In this document: positions 1-11,100 of the stretch, in pieces
Position numbering within the stretch: the first letter of the stretch is position 1
Layout of the letters: each line of letters opens with the position of its first letter
Origin: Eledone cirrhosa
Taxonomy: Eukaryota
Direction: 5' to 3'
Assembly: GCA_964016885.1 (NCBI GenBank)
Contig: OZ024745.1
Location: 131,502,001-131,566,000, forward strand
Length of the DNA: 64,000 bases
Notes under the pieces: generated by a model
Databases searched by the model: none
Told to the model about the DNA's origin: nothing
The model's input: the letters and a program-made list of their open reading frames with translations, nothing else
Program-made: the position numbers and the translations under genes

Positions 1-51
1 TCCAGACAGCCTCCAAAAGTAATGGTTGTATTTTAAAGGGAACGTCAAACC

Positions 52-157
52 TATTTGTAAAACTGTTATATATTGTATTTTGTCTGATGAAGGCATACCA
101 TAATTTAATGTGGTATCCCTGAAATATGTATAATGAAATAAATATGGTTTTATAAAT
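52..157 (+). ncRNA. Degenerate type I hammerhead-ribozyme-like motif in a short element ending at a (TA)n tract
   Basis: CTGATGA (84-90), stem II AGGCATACCATA/TGTGGTATCCCT (12 bp, one mismatch), GAAA (121-124), then TATGTA. The flanks TATTTGTAAAACTGT and ATGGTTTTATAAATA pair with G-U wobbles. Proximal stem I is imperfect. Confidence 0.45.
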
Positions 158-268
158 ATAGTTTCCATTTATTAATATCGTATATCTACTCCAAAAATTT
201 GTCGAGTGCTTTATATCAGTTATAAAAATATTTACTTGTTGTATCCCAACAACTTTAAATAGAACTTT

Positions 269-316
<48 letters not shown>

Positions 317-562
317 ATTATATATATATAAAATTATCATCATCATCATCATCGTTTATCTTCCACGCTAGCATGGGTTAGACGCTTTTGTCCCACTTGT
401 CAAAACACCAACCACATTTACAGTGTGGTCTGGGAGCTTTTTTATGTCTCCTACACGACCATTTTACAGTGTGGTCTGGGTGTTTTTTGTTGTGTCACCT
501 ACATAACTACTTTACAGTGGACAGAAATGGGAGGAAGGAGTGTGGGGTGGGTGTATATTGGG

Positions 563-745
563 TTAAGAGGTGCCTACTGACTGTAGGGGTAAGTTTGTAA
601 TCAAGGAAAGGTGGGTCTTCTGTATAATTGCATGGTGCCAAATATCTCGATCCAGTGACGTCTTAGAGAGGCATAAGTGAGCAAGGTCAGTTTTTATCAC
701 CTTGTCCCATGATTTTCTTGGTCTCCCCACTCTGGTGCTACCATT
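563..745 (-). mobile_element. RTE-clade LINE 3' fragment
   Basis: Translation contains RVGRPRKSWDKVIKTDL...DRDIW, the typical RTE ORF C-terminal GRP-W-DL-DR-W motif. Confidence 0.65.
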
Positions 746-1194
746 AAAACTAATTAAGCAACTGCTTAGTATGTAGACCTCAGAAAGGTGCATTTCTCAA
801 CCAAGAAAACACCTCTAGTAATGGCAGTTCTGGTGCTACCATTAAAACTAATTAAGCAACTGCCTAGTATGTAGACCTCAGAAAGGTGCATTTCTCAACC
901 AAGACAACACCTCTAGTAATGGCAGTTCTAGTGCTACCATTAAAACTAATTAAGCAACTGCCTAGTATGTAGACCTCAGAAAGGTGCATTTCTCAACCAA
1001 AACAACACCTCTAGTAATGGCAGTTCTGGTGCTACCATTAAAACTAATTAAGCAACTGCCTAGTATGTAGACCTCAGAAAGGTGCATTTCTCAACCAAGA
1101 CAACACCTCTAGTAATGGCAGTTCTGGTGCTACCATTAAAACTAATTAAGCAACTACCTAGTATGTAGACCTCAGAAAGGTGCATTTCTCAACC
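731..1194. repeat. Tandem repeat, 98-bp unit, about 4.7 copies
   Basis: Unit TCTGGTGCTACCATTAAAAC...GGCAGT starts at 731, 829, 927, 1025 and 1123, with only scattered substitutions. Confidence 0.95.
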
Positions 1195-2018
1195 TTTAAG
1201 GGTCATAATTTTATACAAGTTTGTAGAATTGAATAACATATATAATTTCCTTCAATCAATATATAAATTGCTAAACATCATCGTGCAACACTGTGGATAT
1301 ATTTGAAGCAGTGTTAAGGCTTGTCACATTATTTGGCATGGGTATATATGAACTGTGTAGTGGAAAATGCAGGCTTAGTAATTTTTTATGAGCTCAGAGC
1401 AAGAAATGTCAAAACCTAAATTGTCAGATTATCGAAATGGAAGTTGAAATTATTACATTTAGAAGATTGGAATGTATAGCTGTGAGAAAGACTGCACATT
1501 ATAGAGCTAGCCCAGAGCACTAAATACAGGTGCCAGCTGTGTGTGTAGGTGTCACAAAGAAATGTTTTCAGTACCCCTTGTAAAGTAGTTGACAAATGAA
1601 CAGAGACAACAGAGAATAGAGTAGTTTCTTTGGTCTTTCTAGTAGACAACCTCTCTAGTATTGAGGCCCTGCTAAAATGCACCCATTACACTCTGTAAAG
1701 GGGCTGGCAATTGAACAGAGGCAATATTTTTCAATATTACCTAGTACTTGACAACCTCTCTAGGCCATGTGTCATGATGAAATAACTCTCAGTATGGTCT
1801 GTAAAATTGTAGGGTTAGTGCCATGAAACATTACACTCTGTAGACTTTGTAAAGTGGTTGACATTAGGATGGACAGCTATAGAAACGATGTTAAGGTATA
1901 AAATATATGAGTAAGATGTGATGATCCTCGGAACATGGTTGCAACCATCCAATTCATCCCAGCATGGAAAATGGAAGTGAAATGATGATGTCATATATAT
2001 ATATATGTGCCATCATTG

Positions 2019-2052
<34 letters not shown>

Positions 2053-2084
2053 TGTTTTTCCATGGTTGCATGGTTTGGATGGGT

Positions 2085-2350
2085 CCTTATCAGTGCAGCA
2101 TCTCTCCCTCATCTAATTCCTTTGTCATCTCCTCTATGAGTCTCAGTGATTTGAAATCAGCTCTCACCACCTCCACCCAGGTCTTCTTTGGTCTACCTCT
2201 ACTGCAACTTCCTTCCACTAGCACTTCTTCACCCACCAGTCATCATCCATGTGCATCAGTCTTCTCTCCTGCACACTACCTCATATTCCTCTTAACCCCA
2301 GTTTCTTCATCAGTTAATCCAAGCTCTGTCTTTCTCTCACATTTACATTG
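2085..2350 (-). mobile_element. RTE-clade LINE 3' fragment with (GAT)n tail
   Basis: Minus strand reads EGSCSRGRPKKTWVEVVRADFKSL; (CAT)n tract at about 2010-2050 on the plus strand. Confidence 0.7.
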
Positions 2351-2356
2351 CACATT

Positions 2357-2552
2357 CAATCACAGAGGATAATTTGTAAAAGTGTGTAAGCACACATAGC
2401 TATGTGGGTAACTAATTAAAGTTTAACTAGAACTTCAAAAATAGATACCTTATAAATAGAGTAATTAATTTTTAAAGTTCTAGTTAAATTTCATTAGTTA
2501 CCTACATAGCTATGTGTGCTTACACACTTTTACAAATTATCCTCTGTAATTG
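2357..2552. repeat. Long inverted repeat, arms about 80 bp (fold-back or MITE-like)
   Basis: ACAGAGGATAATTTGTAAAAGTGTGTAAGCACACATAGCTATGT... is matched by ...ACATAGCTATGTGTGCTTACACACTTTTACAAATTATCCTCTGT; spacer about 28 bp. Confidence 0.92.
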
Positions 2553-2650
2553 TTTCATATGTTTATTTTATATATATATATGTCAATCAATTTCTAGTTG
2601 ATATATATGTATATATATATAATAAATGTAATCTGAGTTTTTCGAATATT

Positions 2651-2837
2651 AATAATTGTTTCTACTTTAAACACAAGGCCAGCAATTACCCAGTACATTA
2701 CTGGTACTTTATTTTATCGACCCCGTAAGGATGAAAGGCAAAGTTAACCTCGGCGAGATTTGAACTCAGACTGTAAAGGGCCGTAACTATGCTAGAAAGC
2801 ATGGCGTTCAACCCTCTACCGATACTGCCAATTCACC
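2651..2837 (-). mobile_element. tRNA-derived SINE (family with core GCCTTTCATCCTTACGGGGTCGATAAAATAAAGTACCAG)
   Basis: Minus strand has Pol III A box TGGCAGTATCGG and B box GAGTTCAAATC; at least 8 related copies in the window. Confidence 0.9.
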
Positions 2838-3059
2838 ATATTAATAATAACATTCAATTCGTTGCAATTATGCAAACAAGCCTCAATTTTATAGCCATGT
2901 CAGTAGAATGAATCCTTCATTCTTGCTCTTGTGTTGGCATGTGAACAGGACTGCAGACACTAATGTTTCTGGGTATCACTCTTCATCAGTACAGTTCACT
3001 GTTAACCTGCCAAACTGTCAGAGCTAGTGAAAATATATATTTTCAAAAGTACACAGTGA

Positions 3060-3216
3060 CTGATCAGCCAGATTTGCATATTAGCAGACTGGCTGATCAG
3101 TCAGATCTGCATATTAGCAGATCCACTGATCAGTCAGATCTGCATATCAGCAGACTGGCGATCAGTCAGTTTACCTTATACGAGCGATAAATGGCCAGTC
3201 TACTGATATGCAAATC
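3060..3216. repeat. 33-bp tandem repeat (about 3.3 copies) plus one inverted partial copy
   Basis: CTGATCAG(T/C)CAGAT(C/T)TGCATAT... at 3060, 3093 and 3126, partial at about 3159; reverse-complement copy at 3194-3216. Confidence 0.85.
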
Positions 3217-3218
3217 AG

Positions 3219-3332
3219 GTCTCAATATGTAAACTAAACGACTAATTCGTTTTTTTTTTAAATCAAGGGAGACAACCTAGAAAAATTATCGATTTCCACT
3301 CCCCTACATCTAACCTTTGGGACACGAGAGTA
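3219..3332 (-). mobile_element. Partial MITE, same family as 3805-4048 and 31238-31571
   Basis: Reverse complement of the 3805 copy; ends in GACACGAGAGTA. Confidence 0.7.
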
Positions 3333-3461
3333 CATATAACTATATCCCAATATCTCCTTTTTATTCTTTTTATTCGTTCTGTAATTTTGACTGACGCTCT
3401 ACCGATTCTGCCAATTCATTGCCTGAGAGTGAGGCTTGAAATATATACTGAAATATAATGA

Positions 3462-3642
3462 AATAATTGTTTCTACTTTTGGCACAAGGCCAGCAATTAC
3501 CCAGTGCATTACTGGTACTTTATTTTATCGACCCCGTAAGGATGAAAGGCAAAGTTAACCTCGGCGGGATTTGAACTCAGACCGTAAAGGGACGTAACTA
3601 TGCTGGAAAGCATGGCGTCCGACTCTCTACCGATACTGCCAA
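3462..3642 (-). mobile_element. tRNA-derived SINE, same family as 2651-2837
   Basis: Near-identical to 2651-2837, including the A and B boxes. Confidence 0.9.
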
Positions 3643-3804
3643 TAATCAAATTAATCAATAAAAGTACCGTTACAGTGTTGTAGCCTTTTCTTATTAAATA
3701 AACAAAGTAAGGGGAAGTAACTTTGTAAACATTATTTTATGATTGCAACCCTTGTGAAAAAGCTTTCACGTTTATGTAAATATTTTTCCATCCGTTGAAC
3801 TATT

Positions 3805-4048
3805 TACTCTCGTGTTCCAAATAATGGAGTGGTGGTTGGAAAATCGGTAATTTTTCTATGTTGTCTCCGTTGATTTACCCCCCCCCCCCAGAATTAGTTG
3901 TTTAGTTTACTTATTAAGACTCCAACCCTTCCTATTTATTTTATAACGTGGGCTTTCTAGTAATGTACTTTTTTTGTCGTGTATAATGTTTTTAATGTAT
4001 AAAGAAAATTAATTGTCGCAGGAATGTTACGATTTAAAATAAAATTTC
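3805..4048 (+). mobile_element. Partial MITE with TACTCTCG terminus
   Basis: Aligns by eye with 31238-31470 (e.g. AAAGAAAATTAATTGTCGCAGGAATGTTAC). Confidence 0.75.
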
Positions 4049-4090
4049 AATGGAAGATAGATTAGGCAACTTTGACTGCATTGTCTTGCT

Positions 4091-4231
4091 GGGGAGAAAA
4101 ATGTGATAGTCTGTGGGCGGAAGTTTGGGCAAATATGGCGGGTGGAGCAGAACCTCCCAACCTAGCTACAGCAGCCTTTCATGGATCATTGCTACCGGAT
4201 GTAGCTGAGCATTATCATAAAACAGGACCAT
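4091..4231 (-). pseudogene. Mariner transposase fragment (catalytic domain)
   Basis: Minus strand translates MVLFYDNAQLHPVAMIHERLL*LGWEVLLHPPYLPKLPPTDYHIF, matching the mariner HDNARPH...LGWEVLPHPPYSPDLAPSDYHLF motif. Confidence 0.85.
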
Positions 4232-4564
4232 GGTGTGGGCGCCAGTAGTGTTTATTTCTTTATTTCATGTTTCATCTGTGTTTATATATTCAAAATGTTT
4301 TCCTTTCTCATAATATTTCTCAGTATATTAGACCTTATACTTGAGTCTTTGGGGCATACAATCAAGATTTATCCCGGGCATCACCAGAGCTCTGCATGCC
4401 GCTGATGGGTGCACTTGTGTGATTTTCACTGCTAATCTTTCAAGTTGTTGGCCCTGTGATAAACAGGCGAAACTCCTGTAACAAGACTCACTATTTAGCC
4501 TTGATAAAAATAAATATTAAACCTATACTTCGGTATTGAGTATTCCTTTCTCTCAGCCATCAAC

Positions 4565-4596
4565 TATATACATATATATATAACATAATATATATG

Positions 4597-4693
<97 letters not shown>

Positions 4694-4713
4694 CATATAT
4701 ATATATATATATA

Positions 4714-4801
<88 letters not shown>

Positions 4802-4837
4802 GTTATATATGTATATAACATATATATATATATATAT
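4565..4837. repeat. Compound (TA)n/(CA)n microsatellite
   Basis: Directly visible. Confidence 0.95.
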
Positions 4838-5552
4838 GTTTGTGGTTGAGTCTGTAGCAGTGGAGACTTCAGTGTCCTTCAACCCTCCTGGATCATATCT
4901 TCTCACTGGTGTTGGAACAGAACTGATTACCTGTAGATGCAGAGTATAGTGGCTGTTACATCGTGTCTCCCTTGCTGTCTTCCGGGACAGGGTCCTCTCC
5001 ATTCTGTTGATTGGGACCACGAGGCGGAAGACATATTAGGGTAGGAGTATGGTGGCTGTCTTCAGACGAAAGGCTTAATAATGCCCCCCCCCCCTCTCTG
5101 TCTCTCTCTCTCTCACACACACACATACATACACATACACAGAGAGAGGTAGATACTTAATTAATTCAGCTGAAAGTATTGAGTTACTCCTTCATATAAC
5201 TGTAAACACATTACATTAAATTCAGTTTATAAAATACCTTATTCATTATAGACGGGGGAGCACTAAGGCCTAGCACTAAATGTATATTCTAAACTCAACA
5301 GCTAACCTCTAAATTCAAATCCCAACAAAGTGTAATGCTAACTTTAAACAATGGCCACAAACATTAAGACTCAGCATTTCTAAGCTCTAAAACACTCTGA
5401 TATCCTAGCAATAACCATAATATATATAATTGCCCGTGAATTGAATCAAATTCTGTGTCAGGCCTAACATTAATTCTAACAGTAAACCACAACTAACATT
5501 AAGCTTTTACTGACTCCTAAAGCGATCGGCTGTCCTAGCACTAATCATAACA

Positions 5553-6567
5553 TACAAGTATCGGCTGAAAAGTATATAGGCTGACCAAGATACTCTCAAG
5601 GAATGTGACTAATTGAGATTTATTTTTCAACACAGTCCAGCTTACGGCCCACACATTTCTTCAATCGGTGCTGAAGTCTTTGCATCCCATTGGTGATAAA
5701 GCTTTCATCCTGTTGGTAAAAGAGTCATCATCAGCAAATATGACATCATCATCACTGCGATACTGGTTCTCAAGTAAATATCTTTTCATGTTGGTGAACA
5801 GATAATAGTTAAATGGGGCCAAATCAGGAGAATAGGGAGGATGATGAACCAGTTCAAAGACACAGTCATGCACAGCAGCCATTGAAAACAAGGCGTTGTG
5901 CTGGGGCCATCACCTTCTCTGCAGATGAAACAACATTGGCCTTTATGGAGCAGGTGAGGAGGGATGTTTCCACTGCATGGATTGTCACCTTGTCTTTGGC
6001 TCAAAGTGATGAACCCAACACTCATTCTCGGTTAGAAAACGTTCAAGGAAACCAGCTGGATCTGCCTCAAGCAATGTCAGATTTTCTCTTGATGTGATCA
6101 GTCTGGTTCGCTTTTGATCAGGTGTCAGATGACTGTCACCTTTACCATGCCAAGTATTCAGAATATTCCCCACTTTCTTACTCCATATTATAATAGCAAT
6201 GGCTACTTGAGTTGTAATCAATCGACTTTCATCCATCACCCCGAGCACGAACGATGTCTTCCTCGGTGGTGGAAGTTGCAGGACATTGGGTCAGTTTCGA
6301 TACACTCCTCCCCCTTTCCTCTCCTATAATCAGCTGTCTACTGTTGCACTGTTGATAAAGCTAACGTGTCAACCCTCAATGTAGCAACCATCTCAGCATG
6401 AATGTCCTGCAGGTATTTCATAACAGCACAATGCCAAATTTTGTCTATTTTCAAGAGAAGTTGCAACTACTTAAATTTGAAGTCTTCTTTGAACAGTCAG
6501 ACTTCAACTTATCTCACAGCTCTAGCCTCATTCGTAATCAACCTATGAACCTTTTAGTCCACCCCTA
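5553..6567 (-). mobile_element. Degenerate mariner DNA transposon with both terminal inverted repeats
   Basis: ORF fragments HHPPYSPDLAPFNYYLF and FLERFLTENECWVHHFEPKTR (degenerate IVTGDETWVH..PE.K). Ends GGCTGAAAAGTATATAGGCTGA and TCAACCTATGAACCTTTTAGTCC are imperfect inverted repeats. Frameshifts and stops indicate it is inactive. Confidence 0.9.
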
Positions 6568-6859
6568 CCGCCCCTTGCATGAAATCAAATTTAGTAAAAT
6601 AAAATAAATTTCAGATGCAAGGGAGATTACTTTCTCAAGTTTTTAGCTGTATCCTTTGAGCGTTATCTCCCATAGCTCACGTTTATAAACGAAATATTTT
6701 TACACACACTTGCTTACACACAAAGATTTGTAATAGAAGGGAGATCACTAGCTAAAAAGACAGCTAAAATGTTGAAGAAACTCCCTTTTTAAAAATATCA
6801 GTTCATTAAATTAAAAATGTCCAATTTCAAATTGAAAGTGCAAAAATAATTGAGAAGAT

Positions 6860-7700
6860 TTATTAACAGTTTATCTATTTACACACATATCCCAAAGACC
6901 GACCTGTCCATCTCGGGCTGGGAGTTGTTGATGTAAGGTGGCAGCATATGCAGCCAGACACTTTATAGAGCACCTCCTTGTGAAGTTGAACATGCGTAAC
7001 GTCTTCAACATGGAATCTCATTTAGAGAGAACTCTCTAAGACGTTCTCCCTCTTTTATAGGACACCCATCACACTCATGACTGCTGCCAAGCAGATCAAC
7101 TCTGCCAAGAGTGTCCAGCAAAGGGACCTACTCGACCCGCTACTTTTCACGCGACTCCGCCTCCTGATCCCAGATGGCTTGGGGATGCATACACCTCATA
7201 ATCGACGATAAAGGGTGCGAAGGCATGTGCCTCGAAAATCGCCGATGGCCACCACATCTATGTTCATTGACCTGAGGTCGTTGAGCAGGTGACCCTACTT
7301 CCATGACGACCCCAGGCCACACCCATTTACGTTGTCTATTCTGAGTAAGGCCATGTTTGACCACTTACCTCAGTTTATGTGGAGGAAGGATGGTTCCTCC
7401 GTCCTTCTGACTGTTTCTGGCCCTCTGCACAAGGATGTCTCTTGTATCTTCTGGAGAGTGTTTGTCGGAAATATACAAAGTTATTGGGAAATTTACCTTT
7501 TAGAGTTGTGTATGTCTTGTGAGATGTGTGTTATTTCTGTGTGTGGGTGGTATGAATTTTAGGGATGCTGTGTAGTTTTTCTCGGTGATGCTTGTGTTGT
7601 GTTGGATGTAGTTATTGCGAAAAAAACATCAATTTAGCCACAAAGCGCGGCAAATATGGAAAAAACGACCAGCGCGCAAGAAAGCTGATCTCCAAAACAA
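6860..7700 (-). mobile_element. Internally deleted L1/Tx1-type LINE remnant (AP-endonuclease N-terminus)
   Basis: From an ATG at 7354 (minus) it reads MALLRIDNVNGCGLGSSWK*GHLLNDLRSMNIDVVAI, resembling the LINE EN start (NVRGL...LL..L...D...QET). It is preceded by an A/C-rich spacer and is GC-richer than its flanks. Confidence 0.6.
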
Positions 7701-7871
7701 TAAAAAAATTTCAGATGCAAAATATAGTTTGACTATAGAATAATGAGAAAAACTTACCAGCTCTGTACTTCAACAACCAATAAAAATAATGATTTCTACT
7801 ATAGCTACAAGACCAACAATTTGGGAGAGTGGTGTGGGGGATGGAGTCGATTAAATTGAATCCAAATAATA

Positions 7872-7989
7872 ATAATTGTTTCTACTTTTGGCACAAGGCC
7901 AGCAATTACCTCAGTGCATTACTGGTACTTTATTTTATCGTCCCCATAAGGATGAAAGGCAAAGCTAACCTCGGCGAGATTTGAACTCA
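7872..7989 (-). mobile_element. Truncated tRNA-derived SINE
   Basis: Same core as 2651-2837; ends at the B box. Confidence 0.85.
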
Positions 7990-8156
7990 TATATTTGAAC
8001 AATCCAAATAATAATAATAACAACAACAACAACAGACTTGCCAGCAAATAAATATACAAAGAAAAACGAAAGAAGCGCGATGTGTAAGTTGTTACATGCA
8101 ATGTAATAAGTATTATAGACTGGACAGTAGACATAAGACAGCAGATGGTGGACAGC

Positions 8157-11100
8157 AGACTGTAGAGAGAAGACTGTAGAGAGAAGACTGTAGAGAGAAG
8201 ACTGTAGACTGTAGAGAGAAGACTGTAGACTGTAGAGAGAAGACTGTAGAATGTAGAGAGAAGACTGTAGAGAGAAGACTGTAGAGAGAAGACTGTAGAC
8301 TGTAGAGAGAAGACTGTAGAGAAGACTGTAGACTGTAGAGAGAAGACTGTAGAATGTAGAGAGAAGACTGTGGAGAGAAGACTGTAGAGAGAAGACTGTA
8401 GACTGTAGAGAGAAGACTGTGGAGAGAAGACTGTAGAGAGAAGATTGTAGAGAGAAGACTGTAGACTGTAGAGAGAAGACTGTAGAGAGAAGACTGTAGA
8501 GAGAAGACTGTAGACTGTAGAGAGAAGACTGTAGAGAGAAAACTGTAGACTGTAGAGAGAAGACTGTGGAGAGAAGACTGTAGAGAGAAGACTGTAGAGA
8601 GAAGACTGTAGAGAGAAGACTGTAGACTGTAGAGAGAAGACTGTAGACTGTAGAGAGAAGACTGTAGAGAGAAGATTGTAGACTGTAGAGAGAAGACTGT
8701 AGACTGTAGAGAGAAGACTGTAGAGAGAAGACTGTAGACTGTAGAGAGAAGACTGTAGACTGTAGAGAGAAGACTGTAGAGAGAAGACTGTAGACTGTAG
8801 AGAGAAGACTGTAGACTGTGGAGAGAAGACTGTAGAGAGTAGACTGTAGAGAGAAGACTGTAGAGAGAAGACTGTAGAGTGTAGAGAGAAGACTGTAGAC
8901 TGTAGAGAGAAGACTGTAGAGAGAAGACTGTAGAGTGTAGAGAGAAGACTGTAGACTGTAGAGAGAAGACTGTAGAGAGAAGACTGTAGACTGTAGAGAG
9001 AAGACTGTAGAATATAGAGAGAATACTGTAGAGAGAAGACTGTAGACTGTAGAGAGAAGACTGTAGACTGTAGAGAGAAGACTGTAGAATGTAGATAGAA
9101 GACTGTAGAGAGAAGACTGTAGAGAGAAGACTGTAAACTGTAGAGAGAAGACTGTAGAGAAGACTGTAGACTGTAGGGAGAAGACTGTAGAATGTAGAGA
9201 GAAGACTGTGGAGAGAAGACTGTAGAGAGAAGACTGTAGACTGTAGAGAGAAGACTGTGGAGAGAAGACTGTAGAGAGAAGACTGTAGAGAGAAGACTGT
9301 AGACTGTAGAGAGAAGACTGTAGACTGTAGAGAGAAGACTGTAGAATGTAGAGAGAAGACTGTGGAGAGAAGACGGTAGAGAGAAGACTGTAGAATGTAG
9401 AGAGAAAACTGTAGACTGTAGAGAGAAGACTGTAGAGAGAAGACTGTAGACTGTAGAGAGAAGACTGTAGAATGTAGAGAGAAGACTGTAGACTGTAGAG
9501 AGAAGACTGTAGACTGTAGAGAGAAGACTGTAGAGTGTAGAGAGAAGACTGTAGACTGTAGAGAGAAGACTGTAGAGAGAAGACTGTAGACTGTAGAGAG
9601 AAGACTGTAGAATGTAGAGAGAAGACTGTAGAATGTAGAGAGAAGACTGTAGACTGTAGAGAGAAGGCTGTAGACTGTAGAGAGAAGACAGTAGAGAGAA
9701 GACTGTAGAGAGAAGATTGTAGAATGTAGAGAGAAGACTGTAGACTGTAGAGAGAAGACTGTAGACTGTAGAGAGAAGACTGTAGAATGTAGAGAGAAGA
9801 CTGTATACTGTAGAATGTAGAGAGAAGACTGTAGAATGTAGAGAGAAGACTGTAGAGAGAAGACTGTAGACTGTAGACTGTAGAGAGAAGACTGTAGAGA
9901 GAAGACTGTAGAGAGAAGACTGTAGACTGTATAGAGAAGACTGTAGACTGTAGAGAGAAGACTGTAGACAGTAGAGAGAAGACTGTAGACTGTAAAGAGA
10001 AGACTGTAGACTGTAGAGAGAAGATTGTAGACTGTAGAGAGAAGACTGTAGAGAGAAGATTGTAGACTGTAGAATGTAGAGAGAAGACTGTAGAATGTAG
10101 AGAGAAGACTGTAGACTGTAAAGAGAAGACTGTAGACTGTAGAGAGAAGACTGTAGACTGTAGAGAGAAGATTGTAGACTGTAAAGAGAAGACTGTGGAC
10201 TGTAGAGAGAAGACTGTAAACTGTAAAGAGAAGACTGTAGACTGTAGAGAGAAGATTGTAGACTGTAGAGAGAAGACTGTAGAGAGAAGATTGTAGACTG
10301 TAAAGAGAAGACTTTAGACTGAAGAGAGAAGACTATAGACTGTAGAGAGAAGATTGTAAACTGTAAAGAAAAGACTGTAGACTGTAGAGAGAAGATTGTA
10401 GACTGTAGAGAGAAGACTGTAGACTGTAGAGAGAAGACTGTAGACTGTAGAGAGAAGACTGTAGACTGTAGAGAGAAGACTGTAGACTGTAGAGAGAAGA
10501 CTGTAGAATGTAGAGAGAAGACTGTGGAGAGAAGACTGTAGAGAGAAGACTGTAGACTGTAGAGAGAAGACTGTAGACTGTAGAGAAAAGACTGTGGAGA
10601 GAAGACTGTAGAGAGAAGACTGTAGAGAGAAGACTGTAGAATGTAGAGAGAAGACTGTAGACTGTAGAGAGAAGACTGTAGAATGTAGAGAGAAAACTGT
10701 AGAGAGAAGACTGTAGAATGTAGAGAGAAGACTGTAGACTGTAGAGAGAAGACTGTAGTATGTAGAGAGAAGACTGTAGACTGTAGAGAGAAGACTGTAG
10801 AGAGAAGACTGTAGACTGTAGAGAGAAGACTGTAGAATGTAGAGAGAAGATTGTAGACTGTAGAGAGAAGACTGTAGAGAGAAGACTGTAGACTGTAGAG
10901 AGAAGACTGTGGAGAGAAGACTGTAGAGAGAAGATTGTAGAGAGAAGACTGTAGACTGTAGAGAGAAGACTGTAGAGAGAAGACTGTAGAGAGAAGACTG
11001 TAGACTGTAGAGAGAAGACTGTAGAGAGAAAACTGTAGACTGTAGAGAGAAGACTGTGGAGAGAAGACTGTAGAGAGAAGACTGTAGAGAGAAGACTGTA

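Noticed and set aside
731-1194. Possible CRISPR-like array
   Set aside because: Whole units are repeated with no unique spacers, the context is eukaryotic, and there are no cas genes.
4330-4562. Possible additional hammerhead (GCCCTGT GATAA ACAGGC GAAA CTCCTG TA ACAAGACTCA)
   Set aside because: A hairpin plus GAAA is present, but there is no CUGANGA next to stem II; the nearest CTGATGG is about 45 nt away. It may be a decayed copy, but it cannot be supported.
5240-5550. Degenerate CCTAAC/CCTAGC-like motifs suggesting interstitial telomeric repeat
   Set aside because: Too degenerate; there is no run of perfect (CCCTAA)n.
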